A DNA stretch of 64,000 bases from an uncultured Alphaproteobacteria bacterium (GTDB lineage: Bacteria; Pseudomonadota; Alphaproteobacteria; Rhizobiales; Xanthobacteraceae), in assembly GCA_963788805.1 (NCBI GenBank), contig CAWBHU010000005.1, positions 62,612 to 126,611 of the forward strand. Reading direction: 5' to 3'. Of this stretch, positions 46,871 to 61,827 are shown piece by piece (the first letter of the stretch is position 1; each line of letters opens with the position of its first letter). The position numbers and the translations under genes are program-made. The notes beneath the pieces were generated by a model, which was given only the letters and a program-made list of their open reading frames with translations, searched no databases and was not told the DNA's origin.

Positions 46871-49800
46871 TCAACGCGTCGGCGGAATGTAGTTCGGGTC
46901 CGCTGAGCCCGGCCCCGGTATCAGCTTGCGCAGCAGCCCCGGCGCCACCGCCGAGATCGGATTGATGCTGATGCGCGGCGAATCCGGCGATCCGGACGCC
47001 TCGTAATTGATGCCGACCAGGCCTTCATTGCTGCCGCCGCCGAGGAAAAGGCCGACCAGCGGGATTTTCCCGAACATGTTGTTGAGGCCGTAGAGCGGCA
47101 CGAACGTGCCGCGCAGACGCAGTTCGTCCTGCGCGTAGTCGATGTGTCCGTCGAGCGTGGCGCCGATCGTGGGTCCACGCACCACGCCTTCCTTGATCAA
47201 CATGCGGCCGGGCACGCGGCTGAAATCGCACCGAAACTCGGAGAACTCGACGGCTGCGCGCGCGCTTGCCGGCGCATTGGACAGAACGCGATCGAGGCTC
47301 TGCTCGCCGCGCACCGAGAAATTCTGGATATTGAGGACGCCGACTTGCGGCGTCGCGTCGCGCACCGGCGGATCCATCGCCATCCACATCTGTCCGCCGA
47401 ACATCCGCGGGTAAATGTCGGTGAAGCGGAACAGCGCGCCGGCATCGTCGGTCTCGAAATAAAGCACCTGGCGATTGTCGCGCTGGCGCAGCCGGAATTC
47501 CCCGACCAACGGCGTATCGCGTCCGATCTTCGCCTTCATGTTGAAGTTTCGAATGCGCCCGGCGCGGCGGGACATCTTCATATCCAGCCCACGCAGCGCC
47601 TCGCCATTGTGACCTGCGACCGCGCCGAGCCTGATATCGAGATCGAAGTCGATCTGTTTCTGCCGCGCATTCGCATTGGTATTGGCGAGCGCGGATTTGA
47701 CGAATTGCCGCCCGTCATAGACCTCGCCGCGCATGACGACATTGAGCGCGCCGTCATTCATGCGCTCGGCCCGCAACGAAACCTGGTCTCCGCCGGTGAG
47801 CGCAAAGACCGGAAAGTTGGCCGACACAATATCGCTGTTGGCGTCGAGCTCGACCGAGCCCCTGGCGATGCCGCCCTGGGTGTCGAGCGTGAGGTCCTCG
47901 AACCTGGTGTTCTTTCCCGCGGTGACGAGGTTGAAGGTGATGCGGGCGGGCCTGCCGGCCGCCTTGACCCAGCCGGGTAACAGCTCGTCGATTTTTGCCG
48001 GCGTGAAGTCGGCATCCACGGCGATCTTGTTCTTGCTGTCGTCCGCGCCGATCCGCCCTGTGAGCTTGACCGGAATGTTGCCGGTCACGGCGGGGCCGAA
48101 ATTGATGCCAAGCCTGCGCCGCGCCGCCTCGTCGAGCACGGCGCTGACGCGCAGATCGCCTTGCAGGTCCGCGTTCGCTTTCCTGAATTCGATCGCCGCG
48201 GCTGCGCCATTGATCCGCGCATCGCCCTTGACCGCGAAATCGCCATCGGTTGCCGTGACCTGCAGCGTCTGGGCTTCGAGCTTCTGATTGAGCAGCAGGT
48301 TGTCGCCGGCGAAATTGGTCAGGTCGGCATTGACGCGGTAGCGCACATTCGCGACGTCGTCCTCGGTCAGCACAAAGTTGATGCCGACCTGCGCGGTCAC
48401 GTTGCCCCGCGTGGTCGCAGGATCGAGCCAGGCTGAGGCTGCGCCTTTGAGCGGCTCCATCGCCAGCAGCGCGGCGGTCGCGCCGATCCCGCCGTCGATA
48501 CGGAACTGCGACGAAGCCGGTATCGGCTTGAGATGGGTGTCCGGCACCTGGAACGTGCCGCTGGCAATGTTGAGCCGCCGCCCTGCCGCCACGTCGATCG
48601 TGCCGCGGCCCAGATAGACGCGGGCCGAACGGCCCGTGACGAGGATGCTCAGATCGGCATCGCGGATCGGCGGCAATTTGGCGACCGGCCGCAATGTCGT
48701 CGCGCTGGTCTCGATCTCGATCGACAGCGCCTCATCCGGCAGCGGCACTTTTGGATCGAACAGCACGGCAGTGGAGACATTGCCGGCGATCAGCACGCGC
48801 TCCACCGTGCCACCGGAAATGCGCTCGTTGACCCAACTGCGCACCTTCGGCGCGACCAATGCCGGCCACAGACGCCGCATCACCGAAACCGGCATCCGGG
48901 TTGCGGCGACACCGAAGCCAAGCCGCGCGTCAGCATCGCTCCAGTCGTAGTTGCCGGTCAGGGCGACACCGATATTGAACGCCGGCCGCGTGTCGGTGCG
49001 TCCGACGTCGCCGCCTTCAAGCTCGGCGCGCTGGCGCGCAAAATCGATGCGGCCGCGCACATTGACGCGGTTGAGCGAAAAGCCCTCGTCGCCGGTCGGC
49101 TTGTGAGCCGCGAAGATCACAGGATCGATCACCGGATCGCCCCGCTCGATCGCAAAAGACCACACGTCGGATTGGCCGGCCCTCGGGCTCGCGCGCGCAA
49201 GGACGGTCACCTGGTTGCCGCTGCTTTGCACCTGGAATCGGCAGCAGAAGAAGCTGGCGCGCTCCGTCCCATGCCAGGCGAATGTCGGCGCGATCGACAT
49301 CGACACGGGAGTCCGGATCACCGCGGTCCTGGATGTAGCCGCGTGACGCGACCAACTGACCGCGCGCGACCTGCACCTTGCCGTCGCTCGTCAATTCCGC
49401 GCGAAGGCTGGCGGACAGCGGAATATTGGATTCGACCGCGCCGCCGCCAAGGCGCGACGCAAGAAGAATGTCATTGAGGGAAACCTGCCGCGCCTCGATG
49501 CCGACTGCGCGCACCCCGCCCCCAAGCGGGCGCAATGCGGCGCTGATCAGCCAGGGCTTTTCGTCGGTCTCGGACTCGATGCGGAAAATCACCCCGCCCG
49601 GCTCGGGCCTCGACAGGCTCACATTGATCTCGCTGAAGGTCCAACGCTTGCCGTTGCGCGCGTCGTCGACGGTAAGATTGCCGTCCTTCAAGCCGAGAAG
49701 AGACAGACCATGTCCGTCAAGTCCGCTTGCGCCGATCGCATCGATCCAGGCAAGCGCCGCCGTAGCCATCTGCAGCAGCCCCGGCGTTCCCTCGACTGTC

Positions 49801-50375
49801 GGCGTCGGCACGGCGGAAGGCTGAGCCTGCGCGATCGGCCGCGTATTGGCGCCCGCAAAGATCGTGACGCTTCCATCGGTCTCGATGCGGACGGAAAGCT
49901 CGGCGCCGACCAGATTGAGGCTTTGCGCGCGGACCCGGCCGCGCAACAGGTTCGAGCCGGAAACGCCGATTTCCGCCTTCGGTGCGCTCGCGACGACAAC
50001 GCCATCGGGATCACGAACCACAATGTCGAGAATGCGTACCGAGGTTCGCCCGCGCTGATCGCGTTCGATTTGTGTGCCGCCGATCGTGACCAGATGCTTG
50101 CCGCTGAAATTCTCGGCGATCGCCTCGCTCAGCCATGGCGTCACGAAACCGATGCTGATGGGGCCGGACGAGAGCCGCAGCCAAAGGCCGGCCACAGCAA
50201 TCGCGACGAGCGCGGTCACAGCGCCGGTCGTGATCAGCGACCGCTGCACCCATTTTCGTCGCAACAGCGCCATGGTGCCGCGGCGAAGCCGCACCCACGC
50301 GGCGTACGCCGCGCGCAACACCGCCCGGCGCCGCGCTATGGCCGGCCCTTCTTCAAGGTCGTGCGTTTCGCTCAT
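46871..50375 (-). CDS. Large AsmA-like/DUF3971 (YhdP-type) envelope protein (frameshift near 49240)
   Basis: N-terminal TM segment, long beta-rich body, C-terminal GTFVPLYGLNN...INPISAVAPGLLR. Confidence 0.8.
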
Positions 50376-50488
50376 CCGATACCGGAAGGCTCCGCGTCTG
50401 TGAGAGTGGCGCGAAATAGAGCCGCCAACTCTCAATAATATCGTCCCCAACCCACGATTCGCCTAATGTTGCGACGAAAGGAAGGCAC

Positions 50489-50954
50489 ATGGCGCTTGAG
50501 CCGGGGTCGAAGGCACCCGCATTTACCCTCAAACGCGACGGGGGCGGCAGCTGTGTCGCTTGCGGACTTCAAGGGCCGCAAGCTCGTCATCTACTTCTAT
50601 CCAAAGGCCGACACGCCGGGCTGCACCCGGGAGTCCATCGATTTTTCGCGGCTGAAGAAGGAGTTCGCCAAGGCCGATACCGAAGTGATCGGAATTTCGG
50701 CTGACCCGGTCGAGGCCCAGGACCGTTTCAAGAAGAAGCACGGGCTCAGCCTGTCGCTCGGCAGCGACCCGGAACACAAGATGCTCACGGCCTATGAGGC
50801 CTGGGGGAAGAAGTCGATGTACGGCCGCAGCTTCATGGGCGTGATCCGCATGACCTACCTGATCGACGCCAAAGGCAGGATCGCGCAGGTCTGGCCGAAG
50901 GTCCGCGTCGACGGCCACGCCGACGACGTGCTGGCGGCAGCGAAGGCGCTTTAG
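50489..50954 (+). CDS. bcp: Peroxiredoxin Bcp (frameshift near 50550)
   Basis: YFYPKADTPGCTRE, GISAD, R-TYLID, V-GHA. Confidence 0.92.
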
Positions 50955-50976
50955 CCGCCGCAGCGGTTACCGGTTT

Positions 50977-50984
50977 TTAACCAT
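50977..50984 (+). promoter_or_regulatory. CtrA half-site-type motif TTAACCAT
   Basis: TTAACCAT about 60 nt upstream of the M23 peptidase. Confidence 0.45.
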
Positions 50985-51044
50985 ACAGGATTTATATCGC
51001 AGCGCTGGTTTCCGGCCTCCCGCGCCGGCCGGCGCGGAGCGTTG

Positions 51045-52299
51045 ATGTCGTCGTCCCATTACCCGCCCAGCAGCCAGCCTCATCCACATCACGCGCCGCA
51101 GCGGCATCGTTCCGCTGCGGCAGCGTCGCATCGCGCACAAGATGGCTACACGCTCACGCATGCCGGACGTCAGGTTCGCATCGGGCCGGTCTCGTTCTGG
51201 ATTGCGGTCGGCACGTTGATCGTGATGGCGGTGTGGACCGCCGGCACCGGAACCTATTTCGCTTTCAAGGACGACGTGCTCGTGCGGCTGATCGGCCGGC
51301 AGGCCGAACTGCAATTTGCTTACGAGGATCGCATCGCCGAATTGCGCGCGCAGGTCGATCGCGTCACCAGCCGCCAGCTGCTCGACCAGGAGCAGTTCGA
51401 GAAGAAGCTCGACGTGCTGCTGCAAAAACAATCGACGCTCGAGCAGCGCAGCGCCGCGCTCGGCGGCGATTTGTCGGCGATCAAGAAGTCGCCAAAGCCG
51501 GCGCGGCCCATGAAGCCGTCGCCACTGAGCGACAATGGCGACTATCTGCCGTCGCGCGACAAATCATCCGCCCTGCCCGGCGGCACCTTGGCGGCGCAAG
51601 CTCAACAAGGTTGCGCTGTCGCTCGATACGATCGAGCAGCGCCAGAGCGCTTCGCTCGGCCTGATGGAAGCGAGCCTCGACGGCAAGCTTGCGCATGTGC
51701 GCAACGTGCTCGCCGAATTGAATGTCACCCTCGGCAAGCACGCCGATATTACCGGCGCGATCGGCGGGCCGTTCGTGCCGGCAAAGCCGCCGGCAAAGAA
51801 CGCCAGCTCGTTCGAGCAGGACCTCTACCGCGTCAGCGTCGCCCGCGCGCAATACGAACGCATGACGCAGCAGCTGCGCACCGTGCCGGTGCGCAAGCCG
51901 ATCGAAGGCGACATCGACATGAGCTCGCCGTTTGGCATGCGCATGGACCCGTTCCTGCGCGGCCCGGCGATCCATAGCGGCATCGACTTGCGCGGCGACA
52001 CCGGCGATCCGGTGCGCGCGACCGCAAACGGCACCGTCGTGACTGCGAGCCCGCAAGGCGGCTACGGCAACATGATCGAGATCGACCATAATAACGGCCT
52101 GTCCACGCGCTTCGGCCATCTCTCCAAGATCGAGGTGAAGGTCGGCCAGCATGTCAGGATGGGCGACGTGATCGGCCGCATCGGCTCGACCGGCCGGTCA
52201 ACCGGCCCGCATCTGCATTACGAAACGCGCGTGAACGACACCGCCATCGACCCGCAGAAGTTCTTGCGCGCCGGCGACAAGCTGGGCGCGATCAATTAA
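51045..52299 (+). CDS. M23 family peptidoglycan endopeptidase (frameshift near 51590)
   Basis: [24 protein letters not shown]; N-terminal TM segment and coiled coil. Confidence 0.9.
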
Positions 52300-53427
52300 T
52301 CGACGTCCTCGACGTCGACCGGCTCGGTGCCGAATGCTTTCTGCGCCAGTGCAGCCTGCATGAATTCATCAAGGTCGCCGTCGAGCACGGCGCCGGTGTT
52401 CGACGTCGAAACGCCGGTGCGAAGATCCTTGACCATCTGGTAGGGCTGCAAGACGTAAGACCGGATCTGGTGGCCCCAGCCGATGTCGGTCTTGGCAGCG
52501 GCTTCAGCGGCCGCCTTGTCCTCGCGTTTCTTCATCTCCCGCTCGAACAGCCGGGCGCGCAACATGTCCCACGCAATCGCGCGGTTGCGGTGTTGCGAGC
52601 GGTCCTGCTGCACCTTGACGACGATGTTGGTCGGGATGTGCGTAAGCCGCACCGCGGATTCAGTCTTGTTGACGTGCTGGCCGCCGGCGCCGCTCGAGCG
52701 CATCACGTCGGTGCGAACATCCTTCTCGTCGATGTCGATTTTGATGCTGTCATCCAGCACCGGATAAACGCTGACGCTGGCAAAGGATGTGTGCCGCCGC
52801 GCATTGGCGTCAAACGGCGATATCCGCACCAGGCGGTGCACACCGCCCTCGCTCTTGAGCCAGCCGTAAGCGTTATGGCCGTGGATGGTGACGGTGGCTG
52901 ACTTGATGCCGGCGCCATCGCCTTCGGTCTCTTCCACCCATTCGACCTTGTAATCGTGCTGCTCGGCCCAGCGCACATACATGCGCATCAGGATGCTGGC
53001 CCAATCCTGGCTTTCAGTGCCGCCCGCGCCGGCGTGGACTTCGACATAGCAATCATTCGCGTCGGCCTCGCCCGACAGCAGAGCTTCGAGCTCGCGGCGC
53101 GATATTTCGGTCTTGAGCTTCTTGAGAGCGCCTTCCGCATCGGCGACGGCTTTCTGGTCTTTTTCTTCTTCGCCGAGCGCGATCATGGTGAGCTGATCGT
53201 CGAGCTCCTGCTCGATACGGCCGATCGCGCCGAGCTGGTCTTCCAGCGCGTCGCGCTCGCGCATCAGGCGCTGCGCGCGCGCCTGGTCGTTCCACAGCTC
53301 CGGGCTTTCGGATTCTTTATTGAGTTCGGCTAGACGCCGTTTCGCCGTGTCGACGTCAAAGATGCCTCCTCAGCAGTCCAAGGGACTGCTTGATATCGTC
53401 GACCAGCGTTTGGGTTTCCGCGCGCAT
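52296..53427 (-). CDS. prfB: Peptide chain release factor 2 with programmed +1 frameshift
   Basis: SPF and GGQ motifs; first frame MRAETQ...LLRRHL ends in CTT TGA C. Confidence 0.97.
53355..53370 (-). promoter_or_regulatory. prfB programmed frameshift site
   Basis: AGGAGG-CAT-CTT-TGA-C: internal Shine-Dalgarno plus slippery CUU UGA C. Confidence 0.93.
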
Positions 53428-53461
53428 TTTCGTTCTTGGTCTTGGTTGAGGTGAGAGGTGG

Positions 53462-55922
<2,461 letters not shown>

Positions 55923-56046
55923 TCGTCTCTCACGTCAGCGGCGAAGGTCCGCGCTGCTCTTTGCCGTCCACCCCGGCCGGCAAGGGAACCCCTTGCTCCG
56001 CCGGTTTTATGTTGAAACTAGGGCTACAAATCCACTCAAAACCGCG

Positions 56047-57256
56047 TCAGTTCGAGCTTTTGGCCGTCGCTCCAGCCAGTCGCGGGGCCAAAAAGCTGTC
56101 GATCGCCCGCGTCATCGCATCCGCCGTCCGCTCGCGCCAGGACGGCCGACATGAGCTGCTTGAGGTCGTCCTTGGTCGAAACATAGCCAAGCTCGAGCAG
56201 CACCGACGGCACATCTGGCGCCCTGAGAACGAGGAACCCCGCCGATTTGTTCGGAATTTTGTGAAGCTTCGTTGCAGTTTTCAGCTCGGTCAGCAGCGTC
56301 TTGGCAAACTGGTGCGAGAAGGCCTTGGTCTCGCGCTGCGCCAGGTCGATCAGGATATCCGCGACCGCGTTCGACTCGGCGGTGAGATCGACCCCGGCGA
56401 TGACGTCGGCCTTGTTTTCGGCTTCCGCCAGCCGCGCGGCCTCGCTGTCGGATGCGTTTTCCGACAGCGTATAGACCGTCGCGCCCTGCGCCTCGCCTTC
56501 CTTGCGCGGCAGGTAGTCGGCATGGATCGAGACGAACAGCGACGCCTTGAGGGAGCGGGCGAACTTCACGCGCTCCGACAGGGCGACAAAGCTGTCGTCC
56601 TGACGCGTCATCGCGACCCGGTATTTGCCGCTGCGCTCGAGCTTGTCCCGCAGCGTGGTGGCGAATTCGAGCACGATGATCTTTTCCTGCTCGCCGCTCG
56701 CGGCCTTGGTGCCGGTATCGATGCCGCCATGGCCCGGATCGATCACGATCAGCGGCCGCGGATCATCCGGTACAGCCGGAAGCGCGAGACGCGGCTGCGA
56801 CTGCTGCGCCGGCCGGCGGTCGAGCGACATGTTGCGCACGAAGGCCTCGCGATCGGTCGCAGCGAGATCGATGACGAGCCGGGCCGGCTGACCTTCCGCC
56901 GGCGGCAGCACGAAGGCCTTCTCCACGCGCGCCGGGCCTTTGAGATCCATGACGATGCGCGAGCCGCCCTGCATGACCAGCCCGTAGCGGAACGCTTTGA
57001 TCAGGCCGCGGCCGTTCTCTCCGGTCTTGGCCGGAAGCTGGAACGCGACTTGCGGCAGGTCGATGACGAGCCGGTACGGATCGGCCAGCGTGAAGGTGGC
57101 GATGTCCACCTTTTCGCTGAGGTCCATCACAAAGCGCGTGTCCTTGGCGTCACCGCCGAGGCGGACTTCGTTTGCGACCGGAAACGCTCCCGCCCCTGCA
57201 CTGGCAAGGCCAAGCAGTCCGGCGGCAAGCGCGATGATTTTGGCGCGGCTGGACAC
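56047..57256 (-). CDS. amiC: N-acetylmuramoyl-L-alanine amidase AmiC-type (frameshift near 56145)
   Basis: AMIN domain, IDPGHGG, SIHAD, VLLELGY. Confidence 0.9.
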
Positions 57257-57385
57257 GAATCCGTCCCCTCTCCGCCAATTTTAGCGCAGCGTGGCAGCGG
57301 CGGGTTAACGGAACCTGCGCGTTGGAGGTCTTTTCGCCCGCTATTGTGGCTTCGCCGCACATCTGAGGCGCGATGCAGCCTTGGT

Positions 57386-57661
57386 TCAGCGTCCGCCTGA
57401 AAGCGCGCCCAGCGCCCCTTCGGAGAGCTTCTGTGGGTCCCATTGGCCGGCTTTGGCCAATGTGATCAGGCGCTCGGCGATGACGTCGGTCACGATGTCG
57501 GGTTGGCCCCTGTCATGGAGCGAGCGGCAGGCGCGCACATAGGCGTCGAGCAGGATCACGACCTCAGCCTGGTCGAATGCGGCGTCCGTAAACAGCTTGG
57601 TCTTGTCGGCCACGATCTCATCCCCCGGCGCCTGCGGTGGCACGAATCCCCGCGGCGCCAC
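57386..57661 (-). CDS. Small hypothetical protein (start uncertain)
   Basis: AFDQAEVVIL...RSLHDRGQPDIVTDVIAERLITLAKAGQWDP; resembles a small helical family frequent in Bradyrhizobiaceae (recollection). Confidence 0.55.
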   Translation of the reverse strand: MAPRGFVPPQAPGDEIVADKTKLFTDAAFDQAEVVILLDAYVRACRSLHDRGQPDIVTDVIAERLITLAKAGQWDPQKLSEGALGALSGGR

Positions 57662-58278
57662 TGCAGGAGACTAGCCCTTACCGCCTGGCTGGAAAATGCG
57701 GATACCGGACAGAGCGCCGGCTTGCGGCGCGTTTGGCTTGTTTGGCCCTAACGGCCTCCCGCGGAACTATGAAAAATGCTCCGTTTCTGTTGGCCTAAGC
57801 GGCCGTCCGCATACGTTTCTTGCTATCGCGGGCGGCGGGCCGTATGTATTTCATGCTGACGGTTCGAAGAGTCCGGTTGGTCCGCGTTTGGGCACCGGCG
57901 CGCCAGTCCCAGGATCGCCCTCTCGAGGAAGCAGGCGAATGGGCGGTGCCAAGCCGAAACCCTTGTAGGACATCCGGTTCAGCGCTTCGCCCGCATCGCG
58001 GGCCGCATGCGCCGCTGCCGTGAGCACTGAAACAGGCCGCGTTTCCAACGCGGCCCCCACGGGTCGCTGTTACATGCTGCCAAGATTGCAGCCATCGCAA
58101 TTGAAAGTCCGGCTCCAGAGCGCGTGCGCTGAGTCAGCGCGCGTTTCCTCATGCGCCGGACGGGCCGACACCGCGCCCCACTCCTTCCACCCCTATCGGG
58201 CCCGCTCCCTCGCCGGCCGTGCTGCGCCGTCTGTTTCGCGCATGCGCGCCAAGGGAGCCGCCCCAGTGAGAATTTACG

Positions 58279-61177
58279 ATGTCCACCAGCAAAATGCTGA
58301 TCGACTCCACCCACCCGGAAGAAACCCGGGTGGTGGTGATGCGCGGCAATCGCGTCGAAGAATTCGACTTCGAGTCCGCTAGCCGCAAACAACTTCGCGG
58401 CAATATCTATCTCGCCAAGGTCACGCGCGTTGAGCCGTCATTGCAGGCGGCGTTCGTCGATTACGGCGGCAACCGTCACGGCTTCCTGGCCTTCTCGGAA
58501 ATCCATCCGGACTACTACCAGATCCCGATCGCGGACCGGCAGGCGCTGCTCGCTGAGCAGCAACGCCGCGACGAGGAAGATGAAGCCGAGCACGATCGCC
58601 GCTCCGGCCGCCGTTGGCGGCACCGCAATCGCGGCGCGAACCGCTCGCGTGACGGGGTACGCAGTGACCCGGTCGAAGGTCAGGCTGCCGAAGGTGACAC
58701 ATGCCGAGGGCGCCGAGCCTGAGAACATCGAGACTGTAGCGGAAGGGTCATCGGAGTTTTTCGCCGAAAGCGCGCAAGCCGAAACGAGCACACAGACCGA
58801 ACCAGAGCAGTTCGAAACCGCGTCAGAGCCGGCTGAACAGTTCGGCTCATCCGCCGCCTCTGATGAAGGTCAGTCAGCGGAAGGAGCGAAGCGTCAGCCG
58901 AACAAGACGCTGCCGAAACCGCAACAAGCGAGGACATCGCACCGGCGGTCGAGGAAACAACCTCGGCTGACATCGCCGCTGAAGCCGAAGCCACCGGCGA
59001 AGGCGAGAACGGCAACCGCGACGACCGCGCCGAAGAAGAAGGCGTGGAGTTGGTCGGCGGCGCCGATGCGCTCGAAGAAGCACAGGAGCGTGCGCCGCGC
59101 GTTCGCATTCGCCAGTACAAGATCCAGGAAGTGATCAAGCGCCGGCAGGTCATGCTGGTGCAGGTCGTCAAGGAAGAGCGCGGCACCAAGGGCGCGGCGC
59201 TGACCACCTACCTGTCGCTCGCCGGCCGCTATTCGGTGTTGATGCCGAACACCTCGCGCGGCGGCGGCATCAGCCGCAAGATCACCAGCTCGGACGATCG
59301 CAATCGCCTCAAGGAAATCGCGCAGGAGCTCGACGTGCCGGAGGGCATGGGGGTCATCGTGCGCACTGCGGGCGCCAGCCGCACCAAGCTCGAAGTCAAA
59401 CGCGACTTCGAATATCTGCTCCGCATCTGGGAGCAGGTTCGCGATCTCACGCTCAAGTCGACCGCGCCGAAGCTCGTCTATGAGGAGGGCTCGCTGGTCA
59501 AACGTTCGCTCCGCGACCTCTACTCGAAGGACATCGACGAGATCGTCGTTGCCGGCGAGCAGGGCTACAACGAAGCCAAAGAGTTCATGCGCATGCTCAT
59601 GCCGAGCCATGCCAAGAACGTGAAGCTCTACCGCGACAGTCAGCCGATCTTTACGCGCTATGGCTGCGAGAGCCAGCTCGACGCGATGTTCTCGCCGACC
59701 GTTCAGCTCAAGTCCGGCGGCTACATCGTCATCAACCAGGCGGAAGCACTGGTCGCGATCGACGTGAACTCGGGCCGCGCCACCCGCGAGCACAATATCG
59801 AAGACACCGCGGTCAAAACCAATTCGGAGGCTGCCGACGAAATCGCGCGGCAACTCCGGCTGCGCGACCTTGCCGGGCTGATCGTCATCGACTTCATCGA
59901 CATGGACGATCACCGCAACAACCGCACGGTCGAGCGGCGGGTCAAGGAAGCACTCAAGCACGACCGCGCCCGCATCCAGGTCGGCCGCATTTCGCATTTC
60001 GGCCTGCTGGAAATGTCGCGCCAGCGCATCCGCTCCTCGGTGCTGGAAAGCTCGACGGAGAAATGCCCGATCTGCGGCGGCTCCGGCCATGTCCGCTCGG
60101 TCGGCTCGGTCACGCTCGCGCTGCTGCGCGCGATCGAGGAGACCTTGCTCAAGGGCGCGACCCACAATCTGGTCGTGCGCACCCGGCCCGAAGTCGCGCT
60201 GTACGTGCTCAACCAGAAGCGCGGCCACTTGCGCACGCTCGAAGAGCGCTTCCGCATCAATGTGACGATCAATGCCGACGAGACCGTGGTCGGCGCGACA
60301 GGCCTTCACCGTCGAGCGCGGCGAGCAGGTGCATAGCGTCGAAGCGGCGCGCGAGCTCGCGGCACAACACAGCGAGGCCCTGCCACCGCTTGTCGATGAG
60401 GCCGACGCGCAAGTCGCCGATGAGTTCGGCGAAGAACCCGCGACTTGCCGAACCGGAGCGAAGTCGAAGGCGAGGAAGCCACAAGCAGATCAAGCCGAAC
60501 GCGCGGCGAGGAAGGCGAGCGCGATGGCGCCCAGCGGGGGCGCAGACGCCGGCGTCGCGGCGGGCGCGGACGCAGCCGCGGCGGCGAACACCGCGATCAA
60601 CCGGCTCCGGCCGGGTTTACCGGCGAGGCGCCTGAGACTTCAGGCGAGCAGGCCGCTGACGAAGCGGGCGCTGCCGGAGACGGGCAACCCGCGGAGCAAT
60701 TTGCGCAAAACGGTCAAAACGGCGGCGACCGCGGACCGGACGATGGACCCCGCAGGCGCCGGCGCGGCCGGCGCGGAGGCCGCCGTCATCGCCGCGGCGA
60801 AGGCAATGGCGAGCAGCCGCCGCATCAGCGGCAATGGCGGCAGCGACTTCCAGCCGCGCGACGACGCCCAGCCGCATTATGGCGAGGCAGCGGAGCAATC
60901 CCGCCCGGAACCGCAGAGCGAGCCAGCGCCTGCGCGTGCTGAAAGCCCCGCTCCAGCGGCCGAGCCTGCACCTGCGGCAGCCTCCGCTGAGGCCGAACCG
61001 CCCCGCCGGCGCTCGACCGTGCGCGAGCCGGTGTCCTGGACGCCGTCCGCGCCGTCGTCTCACGCGCCTGCGCCCTCGCCAGCTCCGGCGCCAGAACCGG
61101 CCGCTTCAAGCACTGCGGCCGACGCCGGTCCGCCCAAGCGCGGCTGGTGGGCGCGCCGCCTGATGGGCGACAAATAA
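58279..61177 (+). CDS. rne: Ribonuclease E (frameshifts)
   Basis: GNIYLAKVTRVEPSLQAAFVDYG, AIDVNSG, IDFIDM, CPICGGSG Zn-link, Arg-rich C-terminal domain, terminal GWW. Confidence 0.95.
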
Positions 61178-61228
61178 GCCGCACCGCCGTTAACGATTGG
61201 CCACACCCGAATCAGAGACATTGCCGTC

Positions 61229-61827
61229 ATGGACGGCAATGTCTCTTTTCCCTTGTCGGCGGATGATGTCGCCGCGCTGAGCGCGGTCGAGCGCAAGGTC
61301 GTGCCCGGCCGCGCCTGCGGCTCATGCAATCTGTGCTGCAAGGTGATGCGCATCGAGGACCTTGCGAAGCCCGCGGGCAAATGGTGCGGACATTGCCGGC
61401 AAGGCTCCGGCTGCGGCATCTACGACGCGCGGCCGTTCAACTGCCGCGCGTTTTACTGCGAATGGATGATTGCGCGCGGGCTCGGCGACGAGTGGAAGCC
61501 GCAACGCGCCAAGTTCGTGCTGGTCGTGCGCAACAACGGCGACGCGCATGACCGCGCATGTCGATCCCGGCGCGCCGAATGCCTGGAAGCGCGAGCCTTA
61601 TTACACGAACTTCAAGCGCTGGGCGGCCGAAGGCGCATTGAAAAATCCGATCCATCTGGTCGATGTGATGATCGGCGAGCGGCTGACCGTGGTGCTGCCG
61701 GATCGCGAGGTCGAGCTCGGCGTGCTGGCGGCTGACGAAAGCATCGCGATGACGCGCGATGCAGCCGGCCAGGATTGACGTGCGCGTCATCAAGAGCGCG
61801 GACTCGAAGGTTCTCGAGCCGGCCTAG
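61229..61827 (+). CDS. YkgJ-like cysteine-cluster protein (frameshifts)
   Basis: CGSCNLCC, WCGHC, CGIYDARPFNCRAFYCEW. Confidence 0.7.
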
